From Candidatus Sungbacteria bacterium RIFCSPHIGHO2_02_FULL_52_23 (lineage in GTDB: Bacteria; Patescibacteriota; Minisyncoccia; Sungbacterales; HO2-52-23), in assembly GCA_001820655.1 (NCBI GenBank), contig MHQM01000025.1, forward strand, positions 1-30,570: a stretch of DNA of 30,570 bases. Reading direction: 5' to 3'. Below are positions 1 to 8,420 of the stretch, piece by piece. Below the pieces are notes generated by a model. That model saw only the letters and a list, made by a program, of their open reading frames with translations. It was not told where the DNA came from and ran no database searches. Numbering within the stretch: position 1 is the stretch's first letter; every line of letters starts with the position of its first letter. A program made the position numbers and the translations under genes.

Positions 1-175
1 CATGCAGGCCTTCTGCAGACGGATACGGAAACATCATGAGATTATAAAAAGGTTTACCTGCCGAAGCCTTAGCGAAGGCAGGGTTTTTTGCACGTTCAAA
101 ATCCGGCTCATACGTTTTTTGAGCCAGCCATTTTTTCTGCCACTTGGCCTCAATTTTCTTCGGATCGTAGCGCAT
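1..175 (-). CDS. leuS: Leucyl-tRNA synthetase, N-terminal part (runs off the left edge; not in the ORF track)
   Basis: Hand translation from ATG at 175: MRYDPKKIEAKWQKKWLAQKTYEPDFERAKNPAFAKASAGKPFYNLMMFPYPSAEGLH. The IEAKWQKKW and MFPYPS.EGLH (start of HIGH motif) segments are the LeuRS N-terminus. Confidence 0.93.
   Translation of the reverse strand, partial: MRYDPKKIEAKWQKKWLAQKTYEPDFERAKNPAFAKASAGKPFYNLMMFPYPSAEGLH
56..85. repeat. REP-like palindrome inserted in frame in leuS
   Basis: CCTGCC-GAAGCCTTAGCGAA-GGCAGG (57-82). Removing 30 nt restores ...RAKKPFYNL... Confidence 0.7.
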
Positions 176-177
176 TA

Positions 178-1077
178 CTAAATATCGAAGATTTTCCTTG
201 CATTCTCCGTCGTCATTTGCGCTGTCGTCTCGTACGACAGTGTCTTCAATTCCGCAAGCTTACGCGCGGTCTCCACGATATACGCAGGTTCGTTGCGGCG
301 GCCTCGGTGGGGCACAGGCGTGATGTAAGGAGCATCCGTCTCCAAAACAATCCGCTCTATCGGTATATAGCGTACCACCTCGTCATAGTCGCGGGCAAAC
401 GTGATCACGCCTCCGAAAGAAAACGAAAAACCAAGATCAAGGAGTGCTCGCGCATCATCTACAGTGCCTGCGAAGAAATGGATAACTCCAGAATGAGCGT
501 TTAGCGTAGAGCGTTTAGCGTTTAGCACGGTGATCAGATCCGCAAATGCGTTGCGGCAGTGGATCATCAAGGGTTTCTTTACTTCTTGCGCAAGTTCAAT
601 TTGCGCGCGGAACGCGCGCTCCTGCTTGATTCTTGATTCCTGATTCGTGCTTCTATAGTAATCCAGACCGCATTCGCCGATTGCCACAACCTTCGGGTCT
701 TGGGCAAGCTTTTTGTAATATTCAAAATCAAATTCCTCTCCACGCGACGTAAACCCCTTGTCACCTGTCGCTTGTTGCTTGTCGCTAATGTCTAGTTCCT
801 GTGCGTCGTGATACGACCTTTCCGTATGCACCGGATGGAGACCCACCGAGGCGTACACGCCCTCCATGTATTGATGCGCTGTCTCCACTGATGCCTCCGA
901 TGTATCGCGCTGGGTGCCGACATTCACCATCCAGACGCCCGCATCCAGCGCGCGCCTGATCACCGCATCTTTATCTTCCGCATATGCGGCAAACTGCGTA
1001 TGAGTATGGACATCAAAAAGAAATGGAGCGCTGCTCCGATCCTGACGAGCCACTGATGATTCTACAAAATTATCCAT
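178..1077 (-). CDS. tatD: TatD-family metal-dependent hydrolase/DNase
   Basis: Motifs DVHTH, GLHP, GECGLDY, IHCR, ETDAPY, RRNEP. Start placed at ATG 1077; the track start 1113 is also possible. Confidence 0.92.
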   Translation of the reverse strand: MDNFVESSVARQDRSSAPFLFDVHTHTQFAAYAEDKDAVIRRALDAGVWMVNVGTQRDTSEASVETAHQYMEGVYASVGLHPVHTERSYHDAQELDISDKQQATGDKGFTSRGEEFDFEYYKKLAQDPKVVAIGECGLDYYRSTNQESRIKQERAFRAQIELAQEVKKPLMIHCRNAFADLITVLNAKRSTLNAHSGVIHFFAGTVDDARALLDLGFSFSFGGVITFARDYDEVVRYIPIERIVLETDAPYITPVPHRGRRNEPAYIVETARKLAELKTLSYETTAQMTTENARKIFDI

Positions 1078-1703
1078 CTGAAATGAGAATACGGCCGAAG
1101 ATATTGGAAACAAGGCAATACTGCTAACATAGAATACCCACTTGCAGGCCGAGAAAATCCAATGAATTGATCATCTGGGAGAGCAACTATTCTACCCACA
1201 GTACCGGTAGCGGGTCCAATAACTGATCTATTTTCACGTGCAAAAAAGAGACAAGCAGGCCTTGTTTGAATCGGAGGTTTTTTGCCTTCACTGTTTGGCT
1301 CGCTTGGTATCTGGAAACTGTCTTCCAGATACATTATTTGTGTTGACGTTCCGACAAGAGAAGTGATGATCGGTTTTCCACCACCAATCCATTGAGGCAC
1401 TAATGGGAAAATGATCAGTGGAAAAAGATAAATCCAGTAAGTAAAAACGAGCGCATACCGAAAATATCGCCAATCCAAGATACGGGTAATGAAAATGAAA
1501 CGCAGATAAAAGTAGAAGCATACGACCGCTAATATCCCAGCCGATATAAATTGCGTCCGAAGAAGATTGAATTCGAAAAGCCCGAAATTGGTGAGGAATC
1601 TGTTCCAAACTGCAAAGCCGGCTACATACACACATGCAAGTGCCAACGGCCAAAATCCTATATATTCTTTCGCAGTATCCCCAATTTTCTTCAGTCCGGA
1701 CAT
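1062..1703 (-). CDS. Hypothetical multi-pass membrane protein
   Basis: Open frame with about 3-4 hydrophobic segments, visibly AT-richer than the flanks. No family recognised; start uncertain (1703 or 1742). Confidence 0.6.
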   Translation of the reverse strand: MSGLKKIGDTAKEYIGFWPLALACVYVAGFAVWNRFLTNFGLFEFNLLRTQFISAGILAVVCFYFYLRFIFITRILDWRYFRYALVFTYWIYLFPLIIFPLVPQWIGGGKPIITSLVGTSTQIMYLEDSFQIPSEPNSEGKKPPIQTRPACLFFARENRSVIGPATGTVGRIVALPDDQFIGFSRPASGYSMLAVLPCFQYLRPYSHFRWIIL

Positions 1704-1761
1704 AAGCTCAAGGCATAGAAAAGTTCTACGCCGTTTTTCCATTTATAGCTTCTACTCAGTC

Positions 1762-2001
1762 TTATGCCCGCGCAGGAGCGAAAGATCTGCGCAACGATAA
1801 CGGAAGGAGTTTTGATGCCTGCTTGAGAAAGCGCGATACCTTCAGTATCTCAAAATACACGGGGGTGCCGTCCGGGCTGAAATGCACGATTGCGTCACCC
1901 ATCTCGGCCGCGTATTCAATCGGCTTATGACTTGCCTCAATACGAAGTACGTCCGCTTCCGGTTCGTAACTCATCTTAATTTGTTTTTTATGATTTGCCA
2001 T
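1762..2001 (-). CDS. DUF2283-like protein (putative antitoxin)
   Basis: MSYEPEADVLRI...GDAIVHFSPDGTPVYFEIL matches the DUF2283 pattern (YD.E.D.L.I...G...EIL). The start overlaps the stop of the upstream toxin fragment. Confidence 0.8.
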   Translation of the reverse strand: MANHKKQIKMSYEPEADVLRIEASHKPIEYAAEMGDAIVHFSPDGTPVYFEILKVSRFLKQASKLLPLSLRRSFAPARA

Positions 2002-2062
2002 ATTGGATTTTCCGGCCGGGGTAGAATGTAACCACCACTTTATCATCGCCTGTTTCTTTATA
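1988..2062 (-). pseudogene. 3' fragment of a DUF4258-like (RelE/BrnT-fold) toxin gene split by the IS
   Basis: Translates as YKETGDDKVVVTFYPGRKIQYGKS* and joins in frame to the 5' fragment (4141-4328) when the IS and one TSD copy are removed. Confidence 0.85.
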
Positions 2063-2105
2063 GGGAATGTCTTAGCTAAAGGTAGGGGTTATCCACGGGA
2101 AGCTA

Positions 2106-2133
2106 TTGACAGGATTTACGGCGGTGATACACT
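2106..2133 (+). promoter_or_regulatory. Sigma70-type promoter inside the IS left end
   Basis: TTGACA (2106-2111), N16, TACACT (2128-2133) with a TGn extension, 32 nt upstream of the transposase ATG. Confidence 0.55.
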
Positions 2134-2165
2134 ACCCATATAAAGGTAGTGAATAAATCACCGCT

Positions 2166-3032
2166 ATGAATATCATCCAGATCTACAAACGCTTTCCTGC
2201 CCAAAAAGATTGCCTTGCGCATTTAGAAGCCGTCCGGTGGAAAGAGAGCATCGTCTGCCCCTATTGTAGCTCAAAGAGGATTACCTCTATGGTAAAGGAG
2301 CATCGGCATCACTGCAATGCCTGTAATACTTCTTTCGGCGTTACGGTACACACTATTTTTCATAAAACAAAACTTGATCTGCAAAAGTGGTTTTTAGCTA
2401 TCTCTCTGGTGTTAAACGCCAAAAAGGGTGTCAGTGCGCGGCAACTGGCGCGAGACATTGAAGTGAACAAAAATACAGCGTGGTTTGTACTTATGCGTAT
2501 ACGAAAGGCCATGCGCGAAGATGGCGACTTGCTTGAAGGTATTGTAGAGGCGTATGAAACGTATGTGGGCGGTAAAAATCGCAACAAACACAACGATAAG
2601 AAAACAAAGGGCGGACAAGGACGAAGTACTAAAGACAAGACGCCCGTGTTCGGGCTCGTTAAGAGAGGAGGTAAGGTACATGCCCAAAAAGTCAGTAGAG
2701 TCAGCGCAAGTACGCTCCAGTATCTTATCAGGCAGAACGTGAAGAAAGGATCGCATATTATGACAGATGAGTGGGGTGCGTATTTCGGTCTTGAAAAGCG
2801 AGATTATCAGCATACGACAGTGAATCATGGTACAGGTCAGTATGTAATTGGGGACGCACATACGAATACCATAGAGAGCTTTTGGGCGCTTCTGAAACGT
2901 GGGATTATGGGACAGTATCATCACGTTAGCGCAAAGTATCTGGACCGCTATGTGGACGAGTTTTGTTTCCGACACAATAACCGAGGAAATGACGACATAT
3001 TTGCGTTGTGTATTGAAAAGAGCGTTACATAG
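2166..3032 (+). CDS. IS1595-family (ISXO2-like) DDE transposase, first catalytic Asp substituted
   Basis: N-terminal Zn ribbon CPYC..CNAC, HKTKLDLQKWF, VEAYETYVGG (canonical VEADETY), MTDEWGAY, HTNTIESFW, YLDRYVDEFCFRHN. Confidence 0.93.
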   Translation: MNIIQIYKRFPAQKDCLAHLEAVRWKESIVCPYCSSKRITSMVKEHRHHCNACNTSFGVTVHTIFHKTKLDLQKWFLAISLVLNAKKGVSARQLARDIEVNKNTAWFVLMRIRKAMREDGDLLEGIVEAYETYVGGKNRNKHNDKKTKGGQGRSTKDKTPVFGLVKRGGKVHAQKVSRVSASTLQYLIRQNVKKGSHIMTDEWGAYFGLEKRDYQHTTVNHGTGQYVIGDAHTNTIESFWALLKRGIMGQYHHVSAKYLDRYVDEFCFRHNNRGNDDIFALCIEKSVT

Positions 3033-3069
3033 AGCGGACCACCCAATCTAACTCTTAAATAAGCCACTT

Positions 3070-3933
3070 ATGGAGAAAAATATACCTAAAGCATGGGGAA
3101 GCGGACCAATAACCCTTAACGGAGTGGAAATACACTGTGCCGTTCTTGAAGATGGAACTCCTATTTTGAATAAGGGAAGGATGATGAAGGCATTGGGACG
3201 TGCGTGGAGAGGGAAAAGTAGAAGCGATAAACCTACTTTCATTGGAGCGATAAACTTGCAACCTTTCATCAGGCCTGAATTGGGGGAGTTACTCAAGGGG
3301 GTTAAATTTTTTGATGGCGGACGCCTTGCAACAGGATATGATGCAAAGATACTGCCTATGATTTGCCGTGTGTATAGGGACGCGGAACGGGCAGATGTCC
3401 TAACACCCAATCAATTACCAACAGCGCGAGTTTGCGAAACGATGGCAGATGCTTTCTCGGCAGTCGGCATTACTGCTCTGATCTATGAACAACTCGGATA
3501 CGAGAAATTCAAGCATCCCGAGGCGTTCAAGATGCTCATTGAAAGTTATCTTGAGGCAGAAGTCCGCAAGTGGATGAAGGAATTTCCCGATGAATTGTTT
3601 TATCAAATGGACCGGATATACGGTAATCAACCAACTACTTCCCGAAATAGACCTCAGTATTACGCCAAGTTTATACGAAAGTATATCTACGAGCCATTTG
3701 AAAAAGGTGAGGTATTAAAACTACTTGACGCGAGAAATCCCCAAAACGAAAAAGGGACGAGAAAATATCGTCATCATTCACTTACCAGTGAAAAGGTAGG
3801 ATTGCCAGCACTCCGTTCTCAAATCTGGCAAGTTATAGCCACGCTTAAAATATCCGCCAATAAAACAAAGTACGAAAATAATTATGCTCGGATGATGGGG
3901 CAAGCATACCAAGCCGACTTATGGGATAGCTAA
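3070..3933 (+). CDS. P63C-domain protein (IS cargo)
   Basis: C-terminal KWMKEFPDELFYQMDRIYG...RPQYYAKFIRKYIYEP resembles the phage P63C domain; N-terminal I.CAVLEDG motif. Confidence 0.75.
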   Translation: MEKNIPKAWGSGPITLNGVEIHCAVLEDGTPILNKGRMMKALGRAWRGKSRSDKPTFIGAINLQPFIRPELGELLKGVKFFDGGRLATGYDAKILPMICRVYRDAERADVLTPNQLPTARVCETMADAFSAVGITALIYEQLGYEKFKHPEAFKMLIESYLEAEVRKWMKEFPDELFYQMDRIYGNQPTTSRNRPQYYAKFIRKYIYEPFEKGEVLKLLDARNPQNEKGTRKYRHHSLTSEKVGLPALRSQIWQVIATLKISANKTKYENNYARMMGQAYQADLWDS

Positions 3934-3965
3934 TGACAGGGATAGTAGTATGCTATACTAAGAAA

Positions 3966-4109
3966 ATGAATATCTATACTACAATCTTTGGAGTATCCGT
4001 GGTCGTTCTTCTCTTTATGATCATGCAGACCTTACAGAAGATAGCTAAACACTTACAAGATTTACGGGATGATTTGAATGGCAATAGTGAATATGAGAGT
4101 GAGGAATAA
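3966..4109 (+). CDS. 47-aa single-TM small protein (IS cargo; not in the ORF track)
   Basis: MNIYTTIFGVSVVVLLFMIMQTLQKIAKHLQDLRDDLNGNSEYESEE*, ending just before the right TIR. Confidence 0.5.
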   Translation: MNIYTTIFGVSVVVLLFMIMQTLQKIAKHLQDLRDDLNGNSEYESEE

Positions 4110-4140
4110 TTTAACCCCTACCTTTAGCTAAGACATTCCC

Positions 4141-4328
4141 TCTTTATATACTACGCGCAGCACACGTGTTTTGTCAAAACTCCGTTGCGCGATTTTCAAG
4201 GGCATGCGCGAATAATCAATTATCTCCGGAGCGGTAACAGCGCGGATCACTGCAGATTTTGGGATCACGACGCCGTGCCTCCAGAGAATAGTGAACTTTT
4301 CTAGCGCGTGTTTGGTAAAATGAATCAT
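4141..4328 (-). pseudogene. 5' fragment of the DUF4258-like toxin gene
   Basis: MIHFTKHALEKF...RVLRVVYKE; the ATG overlaps the metG stop (ATGA). It ends prematurely in the IS right end (GMS*). Confidence 0.85.
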
Positions 4329-5803
4329 GGGAGCCGCGGGAAGAGATTCCCGCGCTTTTGAATTTTTACGGTATCGTCGTCAACTATGATCTGCTCGCGA
4401 ACCTTGTCTGCAGTTTCAGGGATAAAAGGCGTGATAAATTCCCGTATCGCATCTACGAGGATACCTGCGTTGGCAATAATCTTCCGAAGCGCTGCAGGAT
4501 CGTCTTTGAGCGTCCACGGCTTGGTGTCGTTGATGTATTTGTCCGCTGTGGCGATCAGCTCCCACACGGCTCCGAGAGCCTCGCTGAAACGAAACTCTGC
4601 GCATGTCTTTTCATACGCCTCGCGCACGCGCGCGATCTCCCGCGCGATTGCATCGTCGGGCGCGATCTGCGGCATCGGGCTCACTTTTTCTCCAAGTGTC
4701 GCCACGCGCGCTATGAGATTACCAAGACCGTTTGCCAGATCGCCGTTGTAGCGCGCCTCAAACTTCTCATAGCTGAAATCTCCGTCCTCATACGCGGGTA
4801 TCTCGCGCAGGAGATAATACCGCACGGCATCCGTACCATATTTATCCACCAGTGCAAAAGGATCCACGACGTTACCGGCACTTTTTGACATCTTGGCACC
4901 CTCCACGGTGATAAAGCCCTGAATGAGAATCTGCCGCGAGTTGGGCAGATCGGCAGACATCAGCATCGCCTGCCACATGGCGCTCTGCTGGCGGAGATTG
5001 TCTTTGCCTGCAATCTGCATGCCGGGCCAAAATCTGCGGAAATTCTTTTCGTCTTCCGGCCAGCCGAGAGTGGAAATATAATTCACCAGCGCGTCAAACC
5101 AGACGTACATGACGTGATCCGGATCGTCCGGTACAGCCACTCCCCACGGCATCTTGGCTTTCAGGCGCGAGATTGAGAAATCCTGCAGGCCATCCGAGAC
5201 AAATCTCCTGATTTCATTGAGCCGGTGCTCGGGTACGACCAAAGCGGCGTCTGCGGCGTAGAGTTCAAGCAAAGGCTCCTGATAGCGGGAAAATCTGAAA
5301 AAATAGTTTTCTTCCTCAATGATCTCAAGCGTAAGGTTTGGATGGATCGGACATGCGCCGTCCACAAGCTCCGACTCGGTTTTTTCAAGCTCACATCCGA
5401 CGCAGTATTTCACGCGATAGTTTTTTTTGTAAATATCGCCCGCCTTGTCGCACCGCCGCCAAAATTCCTGCGCCGCGGCTTTGTGATGCACATCGGTCGT
5501 ACGGATAAAATGCGTATAGCTTAGATTGAGCGCCGACTTCAGGCGGTCAAACTTCGCCGCGTATTCGTCCACATACGCCTGCGTGTCTTTTTTCTCATCC
5601 AGAGCTTTGCGCCATATTTTCACGCCATGCTCGTCCGTGCCGGTATTGAAGACCACTTCTTCTCCGCGCGCGCGATGCAAACGCGCGATCACATCCGCTT
5701 TGACGATCTCCAAAGCGAATCCGATATGCGGATCGGCGTTTACATACGGCAGTGTCGTCGTGATGTAAAACGCGCCCGATTTTTTATCTGTTGTTTCATT
5801 CAT
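4325..5803 (-). CDS. metG: Methionyl-tRNA synthetase
   Basis: FYITTTLPYVNADPHIGFA (HIGH), TGTDEHG, YVWFDAL, KMSKS. Start placed at ATG 5803. Confidence 0.96.
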   Translation of the reverse strand: MNETTDKKSGAFYITTTLPYVNADPHIGFALEIVKADVIARLHRARGEEVVFNTGTDEHGVKIWRKALDEKKDTQAYVDEYAAKFDRLKSALNLSYTHFIRTTDVHHKAAAQEFWRRCDKAGDIYKKNYRVKYCVGCELEKTESELVDGACPIHPNLTLEIIEEENYFFRFSRYQEPLLELYAADAALVVPEHRLNEIRRFVSDGLQDFSISRLKAKMPWGVAVPDDPDHVMYVWFDALVNYISTLGWPEDEKNFRRFWPGMQIAGKDNLRQQSAMWQAMLMSADLPNSRQILIQGFITVEGAKMSKSAGNVVDPFALVDKYGTDAVRYYLLREIPAYEDGDFSYEKFEARYNGDLANGLGNLIARVATLGEKVSPMPQIAPDDAIAREIARVREAYEKTCAEFRFSEALGAVWELIATADKYINDTKPWTLKDDPAALRKIIANAGILVDAIREFITPFIPETADKVREQIIVDDDTVKIQKRGNLFPRLP

Positions 5804-5866
5804 GAATTGCTGGCAGTCAAGACTATGCCTCACGCATGAGCTCATCAGCTCCGCAGACATTACACC

Positions 5867-6065
5867 AGACCTACTGATTAAATATTATTCACCTCCGATG
5901 TCCAGATTTCGGAGACGGGGCATCCCGCTATGCGGGAACGCTTCGCGTCTGTACTACGACTTTGCAAAAATTACTCAACATATACGCCGTATATGTCTCA
6001 TAATTTTTGCAACACTCGCACGAAATCTGAACATCTCGTAACGAAACTATTTAATCAGTAGGTCT
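5867..6065. mobile_element. MITE-like palindromic element, copy 1 (with a nested 40-bp insert)
   Basis: 18-bp TIR AGACCTACTGATTAAATA (5867-5884 / 6048-6065) flanked by ACC on both sides. The body aligns to the reverse complement of copy 2. Confidence 0.8.
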
Positions 6066-6097
6066 ACCGTTTTAATATGCGACACGAAGCCCAAACG

Positions 6098-7141
6098 CTA
6101 TTCGGGGATCAGCGCGCGTTTTTTCTTGTCCCAGTCATTGAGAAGCTCGGCTGCGATCGCCGTCAGAGGCACTGCAAGCAAAATACCGAAGATGCCTCCG
6201 AGCCTGCCGCCGATGAGAAGTGCGAGCACCACGACCAGAGGACTCAAGCCGACAGTGCGGCGCATGACGACAGGCACAATGACGTGCGACTCAATCTGCT
6301 GGATTGCAACATAGAGCGCGATTGTGGCAAGTCCGAGAAACGGAGACGTCAGCAGTGCGGTAGCGACGACAGGCACTGCGGCAAGGATCGGCCCCACGAT
6401 TGGAATGATCTCAAAGATGCCCGCGATCAGCGCGAAGAAAAACGCGTGCCGTACGCCAAGAAGCGTCAGGCCGAAAAAGATCAGCACGCCGACGAGCGTA
6501 CCCAGAAGCATCTGTGTCCTCAGCCATTTGCCGAGCTTTTTCTGTGACCGCTCCCAGAGATCAAGCATGTACGGCTCATAGGCAAGCGGCATCATGAGCC
6601 GCAGGAAATTCTCAATTCCCTTTTCCTGTGCCGCCAGATAAAAAGAAAACACCAAGACGAGGACAAAAGAGAACACGCCTCCGAACGCGGCAGAGGCCGC
6701 GCTCAAAAATCCGTCCGCAAGCCCGCCGAAGCGCTCAAACGCAAAATCAAATCCTCCGCCGATGTCCGGCGCAAAGAGGGAGAAAACCGGCAGCTGTCCC
6801 ACCTGATTGAGCCCAAGGTGCGCCTGCGCCACGAGGGACGGATACACGGCCGCAAATCCGCGCAGTTCTTCCAGAAGCAGAGGCACGATAAAATATGCAA
6901 GCCCCGCAACGCCCGTCGCAATCACAAGGTAAATCAGCACGACGGCAAGAATCCGCGGCAGACTCCGGTCCGTCATCCACGTAATCGCAGGCTGGAGAGC
7001 GGACGCAATGATCACCGCAAAGAACAGTGCGGCGATGATATCAAGCACAAGATAAAGCCCGACAAGCAAAAGCACTACGGCAAAAAACCGCAGTATCGTA
7101 AGCGTCGGGATAGAAATATGCTGGAGATCTCGTGCAGGCAT
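6098..7141 (-). CDS. AI-2E (PerM-like) family transporter
   Basis: Multi-TM protein with GIFEIIPIVGP, IQQIESHVIVPVVM and VGLSPLVVVLALLIGG..GIFGILLAVP motifs. Confidence 0.9.
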   Translation of the reverse strand: MPARDLQHISIPTLTILRFFAVVLLLVGLYLVLDIIAALFFAVIIASALQPAITWMTDRSLPRILAVVLIYLVIATGVAGLAYFIVPLLLEELRGFAAVYPSLVAQAHLGLNQVGQLPVFSLFAPDIGGGFDFAFERFGGLADGFLSAASAAFGGVFSFVLVLVFSFYLAAQEKGIENFLRLMMPLAYEPYMLDLWERSQKKLGKWLRTQMLLGTLVGVLIFFGLTLLGVRHAFFFALIAGIFEIIPIVGPILAAVPVVATALLTSPFLGLATIALYVAIQQIESHVIVPVVMRRTVGLSPLVVVLALLIGGRLGGIFGILLAVPLTAIAAELLNDWDKKKRALIPE

Positions 7142-7148
7142 ATTTTGA

Positions 7149-8420
7149 TTATAGCTCCTTTAAGATGCGTTCAAAAGGAGCGCGATCGCGGGCGGGCCCT
7201 ATCATAGCAAGATTGAGAGCCTCGGGACGGATCATCTCGCGCGATACCGCCAGGATATCTTCAGGCGTCACTGCGTCAATCTTCGCAAACACTTCATCAA
7301 TCGTCTGGGGCTTGCCTGTCAGCATCTCTTCTCCCCCGATGAAATTTGCCACCGCATTAGACTGCTCAAGGCCGATCAATGTCGTGCCACGCATATAGTC
7401 TTTGACGCGCTTGAGCTCGGCCGCCGAAACCGGCTCCACAGTCATGCGTTTATATTCCTCCAGAGCCGCACGGATCGTCTTTTCCACATTGGCGTGATCC
7501 ACGCCAGCATACGTCACCAGATACCCGCGATTTGAGTATGACTCGTGTGCTGTCATCACGGTGTATGCCAGGCCAAGTTTGTCGCGGATGCGATCCCACA
7601 TGCGGGCGCTCCACGATCCTCCGAGCAAAGCCGCGAGCACTTCTGCGATATAGCGTTTCGGATGATTCGCGTCATATCCACGGAATCCGAGCGTGATATG
7701 CGTCTGATCGGTCTCTTTGTACTCAAGGTCAAGCCCGATGCCGTTTTGCGTATCGCGTACCGCGGGCTTGGTCCGCATGGGCGAGGCCGATCGCAGATCG
7801 CCGAAAAGCTCGCGCGCACGGGCAACCGTAGCGTCCTGGTCAAAATTGCCCGCGATCACGATCGCGGTGTTGGACGCGACATACTGGTGCGTGAAGTAAT
7901 TGGCAAAATCATCGCGCGAAAGCGCGCGGATCACTTTTTCCTCGCCGATGACGTCCCATCCGGCCGGCTGGTCTCCGTACAGGAGCCGCTCCCACACCCA
8001 CCAGACGAAGAGAGTTGGCGTGTCGCGGTCTTTGTGCATCTCCTCTATGATCACCTGCCGCTCGCGATTGATTTCTTCCTCCGCCAAAAGAGAGTTTTTG
8101 TAGATATCGGCGAGCAGGTCAAGCGACTGGTCAAGGTATGTTTTCGCGGCCTTGATGTGATAGCCCGTGATTTCATGGCTCGTAAACGCATTGGAGATAG
8201 ACCCCATGCCGTCAAGCTCGTGTTTGATTTCGTCGGGCGTAGGGCGATTCTTCGTGCCCTTGAAAAACATGTGCTCCAAAAAATGCGAGATGCCTCCAAT
8301 CTCCCGCGCCTCATAGTCAGACCCCGTGCCACAAAGCACCAGTACCGTCACGGTATTGGTCCCCACCATGGGGGCCGTAATAATCCGCAATCCGCTTTCT
8401 AATGTAGTTTTTTTAAACAT
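7149..8420 (-). CDS. M16-family zinc peptidase (pitrilysin-like)
   Basis: HFLEH inverted zincin motif, NAFTS, GLAY. Start placed at MFKKTTLESGL (8420). Confidence 0.92.
   Translation of the reverse strand: MFKKTTLESGLRIITAPMVGTNTVTVLVLCGTGSDYEAREIGGISHFLEHMFFKGTKNRPTPDEIKHELDGMGSISNAFTSHEITGYHIKAAKTYLDQSLDLLADIYKNSLLAEEEINRERQVIIEEMHKDRDTPTLFVWWVWERLLYGDQPAGWDVIGEEKVIRALSRDDFANYFTHQYVASNTAIVIAGNFDQDATVARARELFGDLRSASPMRTKPAVRDTQNGIGLDLEYKETDQTHITLGFRGYDANHPKRYIAEVLAALLGGSWSARMWDRIRDKLGLAYTVMTAHESYSNRGYLVTYAGVDHANVEKTIRAALEEYKRMTVEPVSAAELKRVKDYMRGTTLIGLEQSNAVANFIGGEEMLTGKPQTIDEVFAKIDAVTPEDILAVSREMIRPEALNLAMIGPARDRAPFERILKEL

Larger units (their letters stand above)
2063..4140 (+). mobile_element. 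IS1595-family transposon (2078 bp) with cargo genes
   Basis: Perfect 29-bp terminal inverted repeats GGGAATGTCTTAGCTAAAGGTAGGGGTTA (2063-2091 / 4112-4140) and an 8-bp target-site duplication TCTTTATA (2055-2062 / 4141-4148). Confidence 0.95.

Noticed and set aside
57-89. Hairpin plus T-run as a plus-strand terminator
   Set aside because: It lies inside the minus-strand leuS coding frame and no plus-strand gene ends here.
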